NCBI GenBank assembly: GCA_964016885.1
Contig: OZ024741.1
Coordinates: 235,724,001-235,788,000, forward strand
Origin: Eledone cirrhosa
Lineage: Eukaryota
Direction: 5' to 3'
DNA length: 64,000 nt
Shown: positions 1 to 13,900 of the stretch, piece by piece
Position numbering within the stretch: position 1 is the stretch's first letter
Layout of the letters: each line of letters starts with the position of its first letter
Notes under the pieces: model-generated
Seen by the model: only the letters and a program-made list of their open reading frames with translations
Databases searched by the model: none
Told to the model about the DNA's origin: nothing
Position numbers and translations under genes: made by a program

Positions 1-250
1 GTTTCCTGATTGGCCTTCTCCTAGAAGAATGCCCTGACAAAGGCTAGGGGTCCTTCATTCCCATTGGTTTAAACGCGCGGTATATGTGTATATACATATT
101 TACACACTTTTGGATGGCCGTTGACTCTTATGAGTTTTTCCGCCCTTTGTCAATTTTTGTTTTTTGTCCTGCAGGGTGTCCAAAATCACCCTCCTCACCA
201 AGTAAACTTGGTGGGGTTGCCGGTTTAGTCGCCGACGACACGACCATGCG
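1..250 (-). mobile_element. Two fragments of non-coding repeat family C (probably derived from an RTE 5' UTR)
   Basis: 108-250 is collinear with 4445-4590 and with the reverse complement of 45660-45800, including the CACCAAG-N4/5-CTTGGTG hairpin. 1-65 resembles 735-795 and 4385-4440. Confidence 0.6.
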
Positions 251-301
251 ATATATATACATACATATATACATACATATATACATACATACACCTACAT
301 G

Positions 302-398
<97 letters not shown>

Positions 399-416
399 AT
401 AGATAGATAGATACAT

Positions 417-843
417 AATGGCTGCATCTCGGTTTCGAGAATTGCCATTACTTGTCCTTTTTCTCATAGACGGGTGGCATGAACATGACCATTTAGCCCC
501 GCCAAGAACTCAGATTAACTTCTGTATACGCTGCAGTGCAAGTAAAAAGAAAAGACCATGCTCATGCAACACATGCAAAAGCCGTTTAGATTAAGTGATG
601 CCTGTGCTTGAAGCTTCTTTTAAGTAAAGAGAGACCTTGCACTGGACCAATCCCATTCTCTGAACAACGTTGACAGTTATCCTAAAAGAAGAACAGGTCA
701 ACATCATTGGCTACCATCGAGTCGCAGATTTTACATCAGTTTTCCTTCTCTTAGAATGATACCCTAACAAGAACTCGGGGTCTCTCACTCCCGGTGGGTT
801 AACTGCACAATAGGGCACCAAACCGAGTATTTCCATCTCCCAG
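417..843 (-). mobile_element. Family C non-coding element, diverged copy
   Basis: Shares AAAAGAAGAACAGGTCAACATCATTGG...GTTTTCCTTCT with 4330-4400. Starts ATGGCTGC after ATACATA and ends at a (CATA)n array. Confidence 0.55.
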
Positions 844-928
844 TACATACATACATTCACACATACATACATTCACACATACATACATACATACATACAT
901 ACATACATACATACATACATACATACAT
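844..928. repeat. (CATA)n microsatellite at the 5' junction of element A
   Basis: Directly visible; the array runs into CATACAT|GAGAGCTACTGG. Confidence 0.95.
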
Positions 929-3321
929 GAGAGCTACTGGAGATCTGTATGGGAAACGGATGACGGATTCAACAGACAAGCTAATTGGCTAAAAGAACTG
1001 GAACAGGACTACTGCCAACATGTCCAGACAAAACAATATGACATAGATGGGTCAATACTGGAAACAGCTCTACAGAAAATGTCGAATAGGAAATCGCCAG
1101 GCCCAGACCTCATTACAGGATACTGGTTGAAGAATTTCACTTTCTAGCGGCAAGATCTCATACGGCTGTTTACAGAAACCATTAAGGGCACACAAGAACT
1201 GCCCAGATGGTTATCAACTGCCTCTACTCTCCTCATTCCCCAAAATAGCCAAACCACCCTTGCTAAAAATTACCGCCCAATTGCCTGCCAAAACATCATG
1301 TATAAATTATATACTGGGTGCCTTAACCTGTTCTTACAGGATCACTGTGCTACCAACAACATCATAACACCTGAGCAAGCTGGTGGAAAGAGGGAGGTGT
1401 GGGGTTGCATAGATCACCTACTAACTAACAAAATGATTCAGGAAAAAACAACAAAGAATCGCAGAAACATGACTGTCGTGTGGCTGGACTATCAAAAAGC
1501 ATTTGATAGTGTACCTCATGGGTGGATTGTTAAGGCTTTATAGTTAGCTAAAGTCCCACAACCATTGGTAGCTGCTGTTGAACGCCTGACCAAGAACTGG
1601 TACACCAGTTTGATCCTTAGAGGTGAGAAGGAGCAGGTTAAGACTGATAAGATACATTACCAGAAGGGCATCTTTCAGGGTGATAGCTTGTCAGTGCTAC
1701 TCCTCGTTCTCTCACTGAATCCACTATCTTACCTACTCAGGAAACAAGGTCGACAAAGAAGTGGAACCAGAAGTATCTCCCATCTTTTCTTTGTTGATGA
1801 CCTGAAGTTGTATGGGCCAAATATCAATGACATCAAGAAACAATTGGACCTCATTACACAATTTTCAACCGACATCAAAATGAAATTTGGTGAGTCCAAG
1901 TGTGCATATTTGGCAGTAAAACGTGGAAGAGCTGTGCCCTCCTCTAGAAATCTAGAGATGAACGGCCTGACAATACAACCTCTGCAGTCAGGTGACAACT
2001 ACAGATATCTTGGACAGGATGAGAATGTCAGATATGATGGACCCATAAATAAGGAGAGAACCAGAACTGAATACCTCAGAAGAGTAAAGAAAATATGGTC
2101 AGCAGAACTGTCAGCATACAACAAATACATTGCCCACAATACTTATGCTGTGCCAATTCTAACGCCAACATTTGGCCTACTGAACTGGTCATTGCAAGAA
2201 CTAAGTGAGATGGATGTTAGAACTCGAAAACTTCTCAGTGTTACTGGGAACTTTAACATCAATGGTGATGTGGATAGGCTATACTTCTCACGCAAGGAAG
2301 GTGGCCGGGGTCTAAAATCAATATTAACAACATATGAGACCCGGATAGTGACACTGAAGCAACACCTTCAACAGAGGAAAAAGGTTGGCAACCATCTTGC
2401 CCAGGTTTATGACCATGAAAAAAGAAATATCATTAGAATAGCGACTGATCTGGAGGAGAGATATGGAATAAAGCCCGATATAAATCTCTCACCCAGAGAA
2501 ATCGGAAGATCCTATTCAATGTTCAAACAAGAAAAAAAAATTGACCAATTTACAGAAAAAGTTGTGCATGGATACTTGAGGCGTAAAACACAGACCATAG
2601 AGGGGATAAACCACTCAAAAAGCCTGGCATGGAGTTCCGACAAGTTTATGACATCACACCTTGAGGGATATCTCTATGCAATACAGGAACAAGAACTCCC
2701 TACCAAATATCTGCTGCACAAAAGAGGAGGGCCAGCAGCTGACAATAAATGTAGGCTATGTAAAACAAAGATCGAGGATGTAAGCCACATTGTTGCCAGC
2801 TGCGAAAGAATGTCATCTCGCTACTACCTCCCCATGAGACACGATGGGATAGCTAGAACTATCTGGAACGCACTTCGGAAAACAAAATCAACAACAAACG
2901 AGGAAGAATATATTGAGACAGATGGCACTAAGGAATACTGGTGGAACCTGAAAATAAAAACTGCCACCAAATTAAAGCACAACCGGCCTGATATTGTAGT
3001 TTGGGACCACACATTGAAAACGTGTTCTGTTGTGGAGATCAGCTGCCCACTTGTGTAAACGTTGTCAGAAAAATACAGGAGAAGGAGGACATCTACGGAC
3101 CATTGATGAGGAGTTTACAAATCCAGTATCCAAGATACACCTTTAGCTTCATACCCATCATTATTGGTGCTGCGGGTTATATACCAACCCGCTTGGACCA
3201 AAGTATGACTGAACTTGGATTTGCGGACAAAAAGCGCAGCTCCCTAATTCATAGTCTACAAATGGCTGCGATAGCTGGCACCTTCAAAATTTGCAAAACA
3301 TTCTTGCGATTCAAGGGATGA
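929..3321 (+). pseudogene. Disrupted RT + zinc knuckle + restriction-like endonuclease ORF of family A copy 1
   Basis: ORF pieces 1298-1543, 1565-3058 and 3001-3321 align to the open frame in copy 2. In-frame TAG stops at ~1145 and 1541, and a 1-nt deletion near 3054. Confidence 0.9.
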
Positions 3322-3401
3322 CAATTTCTTTTCTTTTACAACCTTGCCACCAGGAAGGTGGCCGGTCAAAAAATATACTCAAAATTAAGAGAAAGAGAAA
3401 A
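929..3401 (+). mobile_element. R4/Dong-clade RLE non-LTR retrotransposon, family A, 5'-truncated copy 1
   Basis: RT motifs WLDYQKAFDSVPH, GIFQGDSLS, HLFFVDDLKLY, YRYLG; RLYFSRKEGGRGL; CCHC knuckle CRLC..H..C; RHD; NRPDIVV..EISCP endonuclease. The 3' UTR is nearly identical to 47321-47401 (-). Confidence 0.92.
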
Positions 3402-3413
3402 CAAACATACATA

Positions 3414-3843
3414 GCAGATACTCCACCCTGATTACACCTTCAGATTTATGCCTGTGATTATTGGGGCACTGGGATATGTTAGTAACTGCCTCAATACAAA
3501 TCTTGAGAAGCTAGGCTTCACGGGAACAGAAAGAACACAACTAGTTAGGAAATTACAAGTACAATCCATTAATGGAACAGTAAAAATATATAAGACATTC
3601 CAAAAATGTTGCATCTAATAACTACATATACACATGTACAGATACAAAGCATATACACATGCACACATACAACTCAAAACATCCACATCCACACATACAA
3701 TAACATCCATATCTACACATGCATGCATACATACATATCTACCTAGTTGATGTTGTGTAAATTCCAATGAGAGAGTCTTGTGTCTATGTTAGAAACCGAC
3801 TCTCTCTCTATTGGTAAAACTTTGTGAAATTATAAAACCAGAA
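3414..3843 (+). mobile_element. R4/Dong-clade family B, short 3' fragment
   Basis: Encodes ...HPDYTFRFMPVIIGALGYVSNCL...GTVKIYKTFQK plus 3' UTR. Nearly identical to the reverse complement of 46076-46510. Ends GAA|CATACATAC. Confidence 0.88.
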
Positions 3844-4033
3844 CATACATACAAACATACATACATTCACACATACATACAAACATACATACATACACAC
3901 ATACATACATTCACACATACATACATTCACACATACATACATTCACACATGCATACATACATTCACACATACATACATACATACATACATACATACATAC
4001 ATACATACATACATACATACATACATACATACA
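3844..4033. repeat. (CATA)n microsatellite
   Basis: Directly visible, with CATT/CACA variants. Confidence 0.95.
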
Positions 4034-4636
4034 TGGTGGCTACCAACTCGTTTTCGAGTACGGCCACTACTTTATATCCATGTAGGAGAACCCCTACCGA
4101 TGCGCTGAACGAGTGTGACTTTTTAGTCCAGCCAGCGACTTGAAAACTCTGGTACAAACACTACACCTGTGAAATTATTGACAGATATCCTGGGCCCATG
4201 GTACCATGTGACGACAAGTGCAGAGAGATCTCCAGTTATAAAGCAATGCCTGTGCCGTGAAGCTTTTATAGTGAGCAAAGGCACTGCACAAAGCCAGTCC
4301 CACTCTCTTAACCAAGAAGATATTTACCAAAAAGAAGAACAAGTCAACATCATTGGATACCATCAGGGTTGCAGGTGTTATATCAGAGTTTTCCTTCTAG
4401 AATTCTGCCTTGACAAAGGCTAAGGGGTCATCTCTCCCGGTGATTTTGGATGGCCATTGACTCTTAAGAGCTCCTTTGCCCTTTGACAGGTTTTGTTTTT
4501 AGTCCTGCAGGATGTCCAAAGTCACCCTCCTCACCAAGAAACCTTGGTGGGGTTGCCAGTTTAGTCGCCAACGACCCGACCATGAGACAGGTTGTAGTGG
4601 GATACATGTTACCAGTAGCACCAACTGGTGACCTGA
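4034..4636 (-). mobile_element. Family C non-coding element (~600 bp) between (CATA)n arrays
   Basis: Homologous blocks at 108-250, 417-843 and 45568-46064; no credible ORF. Confidence 0.6.
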
Positions 4637-4895
4637 CATACATACATACATACATACATACATACATACATACATACATACATACATACATACACACATA
4701 CATACATTCACACATACGTACAAACATACAAACATACATATATTCACACATACATACAAACATACATACATACATACATACATACATACATACATACATA
4801 CATACACACATACATACATTCACACATACATACATACATACACACATACATACATTCACACATACATACATACATTCACACATACATACATACAA
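4637..4895. repeat. (CATA)n microsatellite
   Basis: Directly visible. Confidence 0.95.
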
Positions 4896-5329
4896 ACATG
4901 CATTTTATAATTATATATTATACTACGCCATCCCCTACGCACAGAAATAGATAGGAGAAATTGACTGTGGTGTGGAGGAAGGGTTGAGAGGACGGGCAAA
5001 GAGGGAGTAGATAGAGTGTGGGCACACACCATCAACAACAACACCAGACGACATCCCCCACACTACTTATATCCCTCTTCTTCACAGTAACGCCCAGCTT
5101 GGTGTGTATATCTCCTTGCTTGTTTTCCTGTTTCGTCGCACACATCAAGTCAGATACACACACACACACACACTCACACACACACACACACATGGACAGA
5201 ATGCACACACACACACATACATATATGAACATAACACTCACACATATAAACACACTCTTAAACACAACACTAGACGCAATTATAAAACACCCGCCCACCC
5301 ACATTTAAAAGTATCCAAAAACCTGTGTT

Positions 5330-5431
<102 letters not shown>

Positions 5432-5469
5432 CACAGATTTATACATATACATGCTTCTAACGAACAAAC

Positions 5470-6600
5470 ATCAACAAAACGTACAAGGAAACACCCTTCA
5501 GTTATATGCCATAAACACCGAAGAGAGAAAACTAGCCACTAGATAAGCAATAGAAGACCACGTGGACCACCTCACAATGTAAAGGCTCTATGTTACTTTA
5601 AACGATCACAAACTCAATTTCCCTTCATCTTCAAACGTACGCTAATACACCCCACTCTCAAAGGTAAATCGGGTGTTGTAAGTAAGTGTATTCTCGACAA
5701 CATCAACCTGAAGATCAGAAAGGTTACGAAATGCAGCACTGTCGTAGTAACATATTACAGTATTGAAAACAAAGCCACCTGTAAATTTATACAATTCGAT
5801 ATGGTGAACCTTCATTTAATTCATATGAAAGTTCCTTCGTCCTGGAAGCCCTACATTTTAGGATACAACTTGTTTCGGTCAATACACCTTGATATCAGAA
5901 TAACAAATCATCACGCATATCAGGTTTATATAGAGATGATGGATTGGCAATTTCATGTAACATGAACGGCGGCTATGCTATGGATACATTTTTCTAAAGA
6001 TCTGATAAATATATTTAAAGGACTTAGCTTAAATATAGCCATCTCCACCAATCTAACAATAATTAAGTTAGATCATAATACAAGTAAACACTACCCCTAT
6101 AGGAAAGCAAACTAGGAGACAGTAAATATCTAACCTCCAGCTGTAATTAGGACCCTATTTGTAGACATTTTCAGAAGAGTCCTATCTATCCCCCTAGAAA
6201 GAGTGGCTTCGGTGAGAAGCTAGTCTACATGGAAAATCCCCAATATTTCCCAGATCTGGGAAGAACTACGAAGTGGAAAGCAAGCTGGTTTAATCCACCT
6301 CATAACTTAGAAATTACCATCAATATCGCTAAGAATATTTTTTAGCCCTCCCTCTTTTCGACTACCCTTAGGTACCACAAACTTTTTCTGTGCACACAAT
6401 ATTAGGGTTAGCTATTCCTTTCTGCATAACATCACTCCCACTGTTACGCGGCACAACGAAAAACACACTTCTGTTCTGCATGCAACCCCCAACAAGCAGC
6501 TTGTAATGGCCGAGATTAAGCCTCTTTTCAACAGTTGACTTCCTAAAAATAGCAGCCAAATGTCGATCAAATGAGACCAAGCCATCGTAAAAAGGCAACT
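5470..6600 (+). mobile_element. Degenerate Penelope-like (Neptune-type) retroelement, RT region
   Basis: GGTTTATATAGAGATGATGGATTGGCA = GLYRDDGLA at ~5922. IQFD..NL at ~5790, WFNPP at ~6286, ISYS-like at ~6403. Many stops and frameshifts. Confidence 0.7.
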
Positions 6601-6955
6601 AAACATTAGATAATGTAACCCTCTATGTCCCAAATAAATGGGATGGTTATGGTTGGGATGACTTTGATCATAGTTTTGCTTGCTCGAGGTTAACCTGGGG
6701 CAAAACAAAATCAACAACTCTACACACACATGTCTATACAATACATTCACATACACGCATATACACTGAACCACACTCACACACAGTCACATTATTTTAC
6801 CGGTTTCAGTCATTAGAATGTGGCCATGCTGAAAGTATATATATACACACACATATATATATATATAATTAGAAAGTAAACAACACAATATATAACCACT
6901 CCATTACCAAAGGTTTCAGGACCCTAGACAATATTAAAATTAAATAACTCTTTTG

Positions 6956-6992
<37 letters not shown>

Positions 6993-7028
6993 TGTTGGCT
7001 TCACGCTCACAACAATTTCTATACTTTA

Positions 7029-7106
<78 letters not shown>

Positions 7107-7200
7107 TATATATATATATACTATATATATATAGTATATATATATATACTATATATATATATACTATATATATATATACTATATATATATACTATATATA

Positions 7201-7287
<87 letters not shown>

Positions 7288-7290
<3 letters not shown>

Positions 7291-7730
7291 CGTTTCTGAA
7301 TTTGTTTAGCAAGATTCTTTATCTGAAATCGTGTGTTGAAACCGATATTGTTATACTTTGGGAGGGTCATGTTGCCAATAAGAAACACACGCACCAGTTG
7401 CTTACACTTCAATTTAATTTATTAAATATTTATAAATTTATAAATTTCTGGTTGGTTGGTTGGTTCCACAACCAGATAGTTGTTTATATATATATAGTCA
7501 TAGTTCTTTCGTCACACACTCTGTGACCTCTTCAGTGACTGGGGATTTCTTTCTTCGTTTCTGTGCCTTTCCTTTCTTCTATCCTACGCCATTTTGTTTG
7601 TGTGTGGGTTGCGTGCTCAGTTTGCGCATGCGCCACATCCGGGTGTCTGTGTGTGTTTGTGTTGTTTAAATTGAAGTGAAAGCAACTGGTGCGTGTGTTT
7701 CTTATTGGCAACATGACCCTCCCAAAGTAT

Positions 7731-7736
<6 letters not shown>
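7288..7736 (-). mobile_element. Penelope-like pseudo-LTR (family P1) with an inverted terminal segment
   Basis: 7288-7660 matches 51117-51460, the 3' UTR of a GIY-YIG Penelope ORF. 7667-7736 is the reverse complement of 7345-7414. Confidence 0.85.
7496..7540 (-). ncRNA. Minimal type I hammerhead ribozyme motif
   Basis: AGUCA-CUGAAGA-g-GUCACA gagug UGUGAC-GAAA-GAAC-UA-UGACU; helices I and II pair fully. Confidence 0.8.
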
Positions 7737-7766
<30 letters not shown>

Positions 7767-7802
7767 TGTTGGCTTCACGCTCACAACAATTTCTATACTT
7801 TA

Positions 7803-7878
<76 letters not shown>

Positions 7879-7987
7879 TATAAAGTATGTCCATAGAATC
7901 ATATGATAATATATATACACCATTTCCTCTCCATGCCATGACTGAATTTTAACCATCTACTTAGTCAGGGTATGTCATGCATCATCT

Positions 7988-8054
7988 TATTTTATCTGAT
8001 GAGGACGTACTGTTGAAGATAGCTCAGTACCTCTGAAATATGTATAATAAAATA
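7988..8054 (+). ncRNA. Minimal type I hammerhead ribozyme motif in a pLTR-like unit (~7880-8200)
   Basis: UAUUUUAU-CUGAUGA-ggacGUACUG..CAGUACcucu-GAAA-UAUGUA-UA-AUAAAAUA. Confidence 0.78.
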
Positions 8055-8191
8055 TACTTGATCACACGAATGTCTATTTTTGTTAATATTTTGAATTAAT
8101 ATTAATAACTCCGGAAAACCAACTGTGGAGTGCTTCTAATCTATTGTAAAACTTTATTCTTTGATTTATTCATTGAACCTTGTTTAACCTT

Positions 8192-8232
<41 letters not shown>

Positions 8233-8429
8233 CAAAATGTTAATAAATGAAAAAATATATTTTATTATACATATTTGAAAGGCACAATGGTGCTTAAGTA
8301 CTTATTATATCATTTATTAACATTTTGAATAATATTAAACACTCCAGGAAAATCCTTTGTTGAGTGCTTCTAATCTATTGTAATATTGTATTCGTTGAGT
8401 AATCAACGAACCATATTAATCTTTGGTTA

Positions 8430-8662
8430 TATATATATATATATATATACTTATATAAGCAAATAGATATATATATGTGTTGTGAGTATAATGTATATAA
8501 AATGTATATATATATAGATATATGTGTGTATATATAAAATTTATATATATATATAATATTATATATATACGCACACATATATCTCTATATATACATTATA
8601 TATATTATACTCACTATACTCACACGCACACACATATATAAGTATATATATATATATGTATA

Positions 8663-8716
<54 letters not shown>

Positions 8717-9114
8717 TTTATATATATTTGTGAGTGTGTGTGTATACATATATTTCCACACCTGTACGACTTTAACACACCACACCACACCACACCACAC
8801 CACACCACACACACCTCCATTCCATACACTGCCACCATCACCAACACTGTCATCACCACCATCATCTCAGCAACCACCTCGCTCCAGCACAATCACCACC
8901 ACATTAACAAACATAAACACACACATACATGTAAACAAAGTCAACACATCCACATACATTCATACTTTCACATAAACCTACATATATTCCACCCCCACTT
9001 CAGTTACTCTCACAGAAGAAACACACATACGAATACACACATACGAATACACACATCAACAAACACACACATCAAGAACCTGACACGTGCACACACATAC
9101 ACCACACACAACAA

Positions 9115-9152
<38 letters not shown>

Positions 9153-10409
9153 ATATAATTGTTTGTATGGGTGTATGTATACACATCAACAACCTGTTAG
9201 ACACATATGCATCAACATCATCTTAAACACACATATAGACATACGAACAATTTCCTATACACATACATACATACATACATATACACAAACACAAATTCAA
9301 CACCCTCTTATACATACACATGAATTTCACACAATTACACATATATACACCAACCACCTCACATTCACATACGCACAACAACAGCATATATTCACGCACG
9401 TCAACAAACTCACCCATACACACACTTCAACAACTTCTCCTTACCTCTACCTTCTCTTCTCTCTTTCTCCCGCACCACCTACACATACAGACATCAATAA
9501 CACTTCCACTTATACACATATACATACACACACACATACATACACATACACAGACATCAATAAACACTCTCACATATACAGATGGACACGACCATATACA
9601 TACACTTACACAGACAGACACTATCACATATTTAGACAGATACGACAACCTATACACACACATACAACCATCTATACACACACATACAGACAAGACACCA
9701 CCACATAAACAGACACAGACACAGACACACAACACCACATACATACAGGTTTATACCACCACCTACATACATACACAGATGGGACACCACCATATACAGA
9801 CACACACCACGCACATATGACCAGACGACCACAAGTGCCATATACACATACTATCCACTCCTGTTTTTCTGCAGATTATTTCTTCTCCCTTTTCTCTCTT
9901 TCTTATATATTTCTTTTAGTCTCTCTTCTTTCTTCACCTTTATCTCTTTCTACATCTACTTCTCTCTCTCTCTCTCTCCCTCTCTTTTGTATGTGTGTAT
10001 GTCCTCTATTTTATTTTACTCTCTGTCTTTTGTATCTTTCGCTCACTCAGTTTTCTGCGTTTTCTCTTAGCCTTTTCCCCTCCTCATCTTTCTGTCTATA
10101 CCACATATACTCTCACTATTTCACTCATTTACTCTTTCTATTTTACTCTCTCCCTCTTTCTCTCTCTCATCTCTTATCTCTCTGCTTATCTCGCACACCA
10201 TCTGAACACCTCCTCCTCTCCTACCTCTTCCGTTCTCCTTATACGTCACATCTATCACCACCACACTCCTTCTCTTTCCACCCCCTCTCACACGCCACTA
10301 CTCTACCTTAACCCCCCACCTCCACCCTTCCACCATAATCTCCTCTTCCTCCTTCCAGAACCACTCACTCTCCTCCCCGGTCAGAAAACACCAACTTCCA
10401 ACACATGCG

Positions 10410-10452
<43 letters not shown>

Positions 10453-10830
10453 ATACACACGCACTCACATATATATATACACACCTATACACCCATATCT
10501 TCCTACATCACACACCCACATCTATCACCTCCCAAGCAACGCTTCACTTCCCTCTGACTGCCCAACCACCACCATTTCTGCCGCCACCACCCTCACCATC
10601 ACCACCACCACAATCATCACTACCACCTCCATCACCATCACCACCACTACCATTTTCCACATTCATCACCACCACCTTAAATAACAACACTCCCACCACC
10701 ATTCCCACTACCCCTCCATCACCATCACCACAATCATCATCATCACCATAAATAACAACACCCTCACCACCACTTCCATCACCATCACCACAATGACCTC
10801 TTCCACCACAACCACTACCATCATCAGCCT
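8430..10830. repeat. Low-complexity tract: TA, then CA-rich, CT-rich and ACC-rich segments
   Basis: Degenerate simple repeats; the ORFs here are YI/HT/LS repeat translations. Confidence 0.9.
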
Positions 10831-10999
10831 GTACTAGAAATAACAGCCAAATTACCCGTATATCACACTTTAGAGAATGGCATGTTGGATAAGTCTCGCG
10901 TTTTCTCCATACTAAAACGTCGAGATGATCACGGCTGGAATGTCTTTGAGAATAAGTTCGCTCGATCAAGGTTGACCTGGGGAGAAACAGCAACTACCT

Positions 11000-13900
11000 C
11001 CTCAACACCATCACCACTACTACTACTACTACCAATACCACATTTATAACGATCCCCAGTTACCAACATCATTACCATTACCATTACCACCACACCATTA
11101 CCACTCTAGCACACCAACACCACCACCGTACCACTACCAACACTAACACTACCACCACACCACTACCACAACACCACTATCATCACACCCCTACCATCAC
11201 ACCACTACTACCACAACACTACCACTACCACCACACCACTACCACCACTACACTACAACCACACCACTACCACCATACCACAACAACACTAACACTACAT
11301 CACTGACACCACCTCAACACTATCACCACACCACTACCACCACAACCCTACCACCACACCACTACCACTACCCCACTACCACCACAACACTACCACCACA
11401 CCACTAACATCACACCACTACACCACTACCACCACAACACTACCACAACACTAACACTACCACCACACTACTACCACCACAACACTACACCACACAACTA
11501 CCACCACACCACTACCACCACAACACTACCACCACACTAACACTACCACCACACCACTACCACCACAACACTACCACCACACCACTAACACGACACCACT
11601 ACACCACCACACCACCACACCACACCACCACACAACTACCACCACAGCACTACCACCACAACACTACCACCACAACACTACCACAACACTAACACTACCA
11701 CCAGACTACTACCACCACACCACTACCACCACACCACTACCACCACAACACTACCACTACACCACTAACACCACAAAATTACTACCATAACACTACCACC
11801 ACACCACTACCACCACAACACTACCACCACACCACTAACACGACACCACTACACCACCACACCACCACACCACCACACAACTACCACCACAGCACTACCA
11901 CCACAACACTACCACCACAACACTACCACAACACTAACACTACCACCACACTACTACCACCACACCACTACCACCACACCACTACCACCACAACACTACC
12001 ACTACACCACTAACACCACACTACAACCACCACAACACTACTACCACTACACCACTACCACCACACCACTACCACCACAACACTACTACCACAACACTAC
12101 TACAACATTAACACTACCACCACACTACTACCTCCATACCACTACCACAACACTACCACTACACCACACTACTACCACCACACTATTCCCACTGCAACAC
12201 TACCACCACACTCTACCACCACACCACTACACCACACAACTACCACCACAACACTACCACTACACCACTACCACCACACCAATACCACCACACAACTACC
12301 ACCACAACACTACCACCACACCACTATCACCACAACACTACCACTACACCACTAACACCACACAACAACCACCACAACACTACTACCACTACACCACTAC
12401 CACAAGAACACTACCACCACAACACTACCACAACACTATCACTACACCACACTACTACCACCACACCACTACCACCGCAACACTAATCACAACACTAACA
12501 CTACACCACACAACTACCACCACAACACTACCCCTACACCACTAACATCACAACACTAACACCACACCACTACCACTACACCACTACCACCACACCACTA
12601 CCACCACACCACTACCACCACAACACTACTACCACAACACTACTACAACATTAACACTACCACCACACTACTACCTCCATACCACTACCACAACACTACC
12701 ACTACACCACACTACTACCACCACACTATTCCCACTGCAACACTACCACCACACCACTACACCACACAACTACCACCACAACACTACCACTACACCACTA
12801 CCACCACACCAATACCACCACACAACTACCACCACAACACTACCACCACACCACTATCACCACAACACTACCACTACACCACTAACACCACACAACAACC
12901 ACCACAACACTACTACCACTACACCACTACCACAAGAACACTACCACCACAACACTACCACAACACTATCACTACACCACACTACTACCACCACACCACT
13001 ACCACCGCAACACTAATCACAACACTAACACTACACCACACAACTACCACCACAACACTACCCCTACACCACTAACATCACAACACTAACACCACACCAC
13101 TACCACTACACCACTACCACCACACCACTACCACCACAACACTACCACCACAACACTAACACTACACCCCTATCACCACACCACTACCACTACACCACTA
13201 CCATCACACCACTACCACCACAACACTAACACCACACCACTACACCACACCAGTACCACCCCACCACTACCACAACACTACCACCACACCACTAACACCA
13301 CACTACAACCACTACAACACTACCACTACACCACTACCACCACAACACTACCACCACACCACTACCACCACAACACTACTACTACACCACACTACTACCA
13401 CCACACCACTCCCACCACAACACTAACACTACCATCACACTACTACCACCACACCACAAACACCACACCACTACCACCACACCACTACCACCACACCACT
13501 ACACCACACAACTACCACCACAATACTACCACCACACCACTACCACTACACCACTATCACCACAACACTACCACTACAGCACTAACACCACACTACAACC
13601 ACCACAACACTACTACCACTACACCACTACCACCACAACACTACCACTACACCACACTACTACCACCACACCACTACCAGCGCAACACTAATCACAACAC
13701 TAACACTACCACCACACTACTACCACCACACTACTACCACCACACTACTACCACCACACCACTATCACCACACTACTACCACCACAACACTACCACCAAC
13801 TACTATCACCACAACACTACACCACACAACTACCACCACAACACTACCCCTACACCACTAACGCCTCAACACTAACACCACACCACTACCACTACACTAC

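Noticed and set aside
1-62. HDV-like fold on the minus strand (GGGAAUG / CAUUCUU)
   Set aside because: No GG for P1.1 after the putative P1 and no convincing P2 or J4/2.
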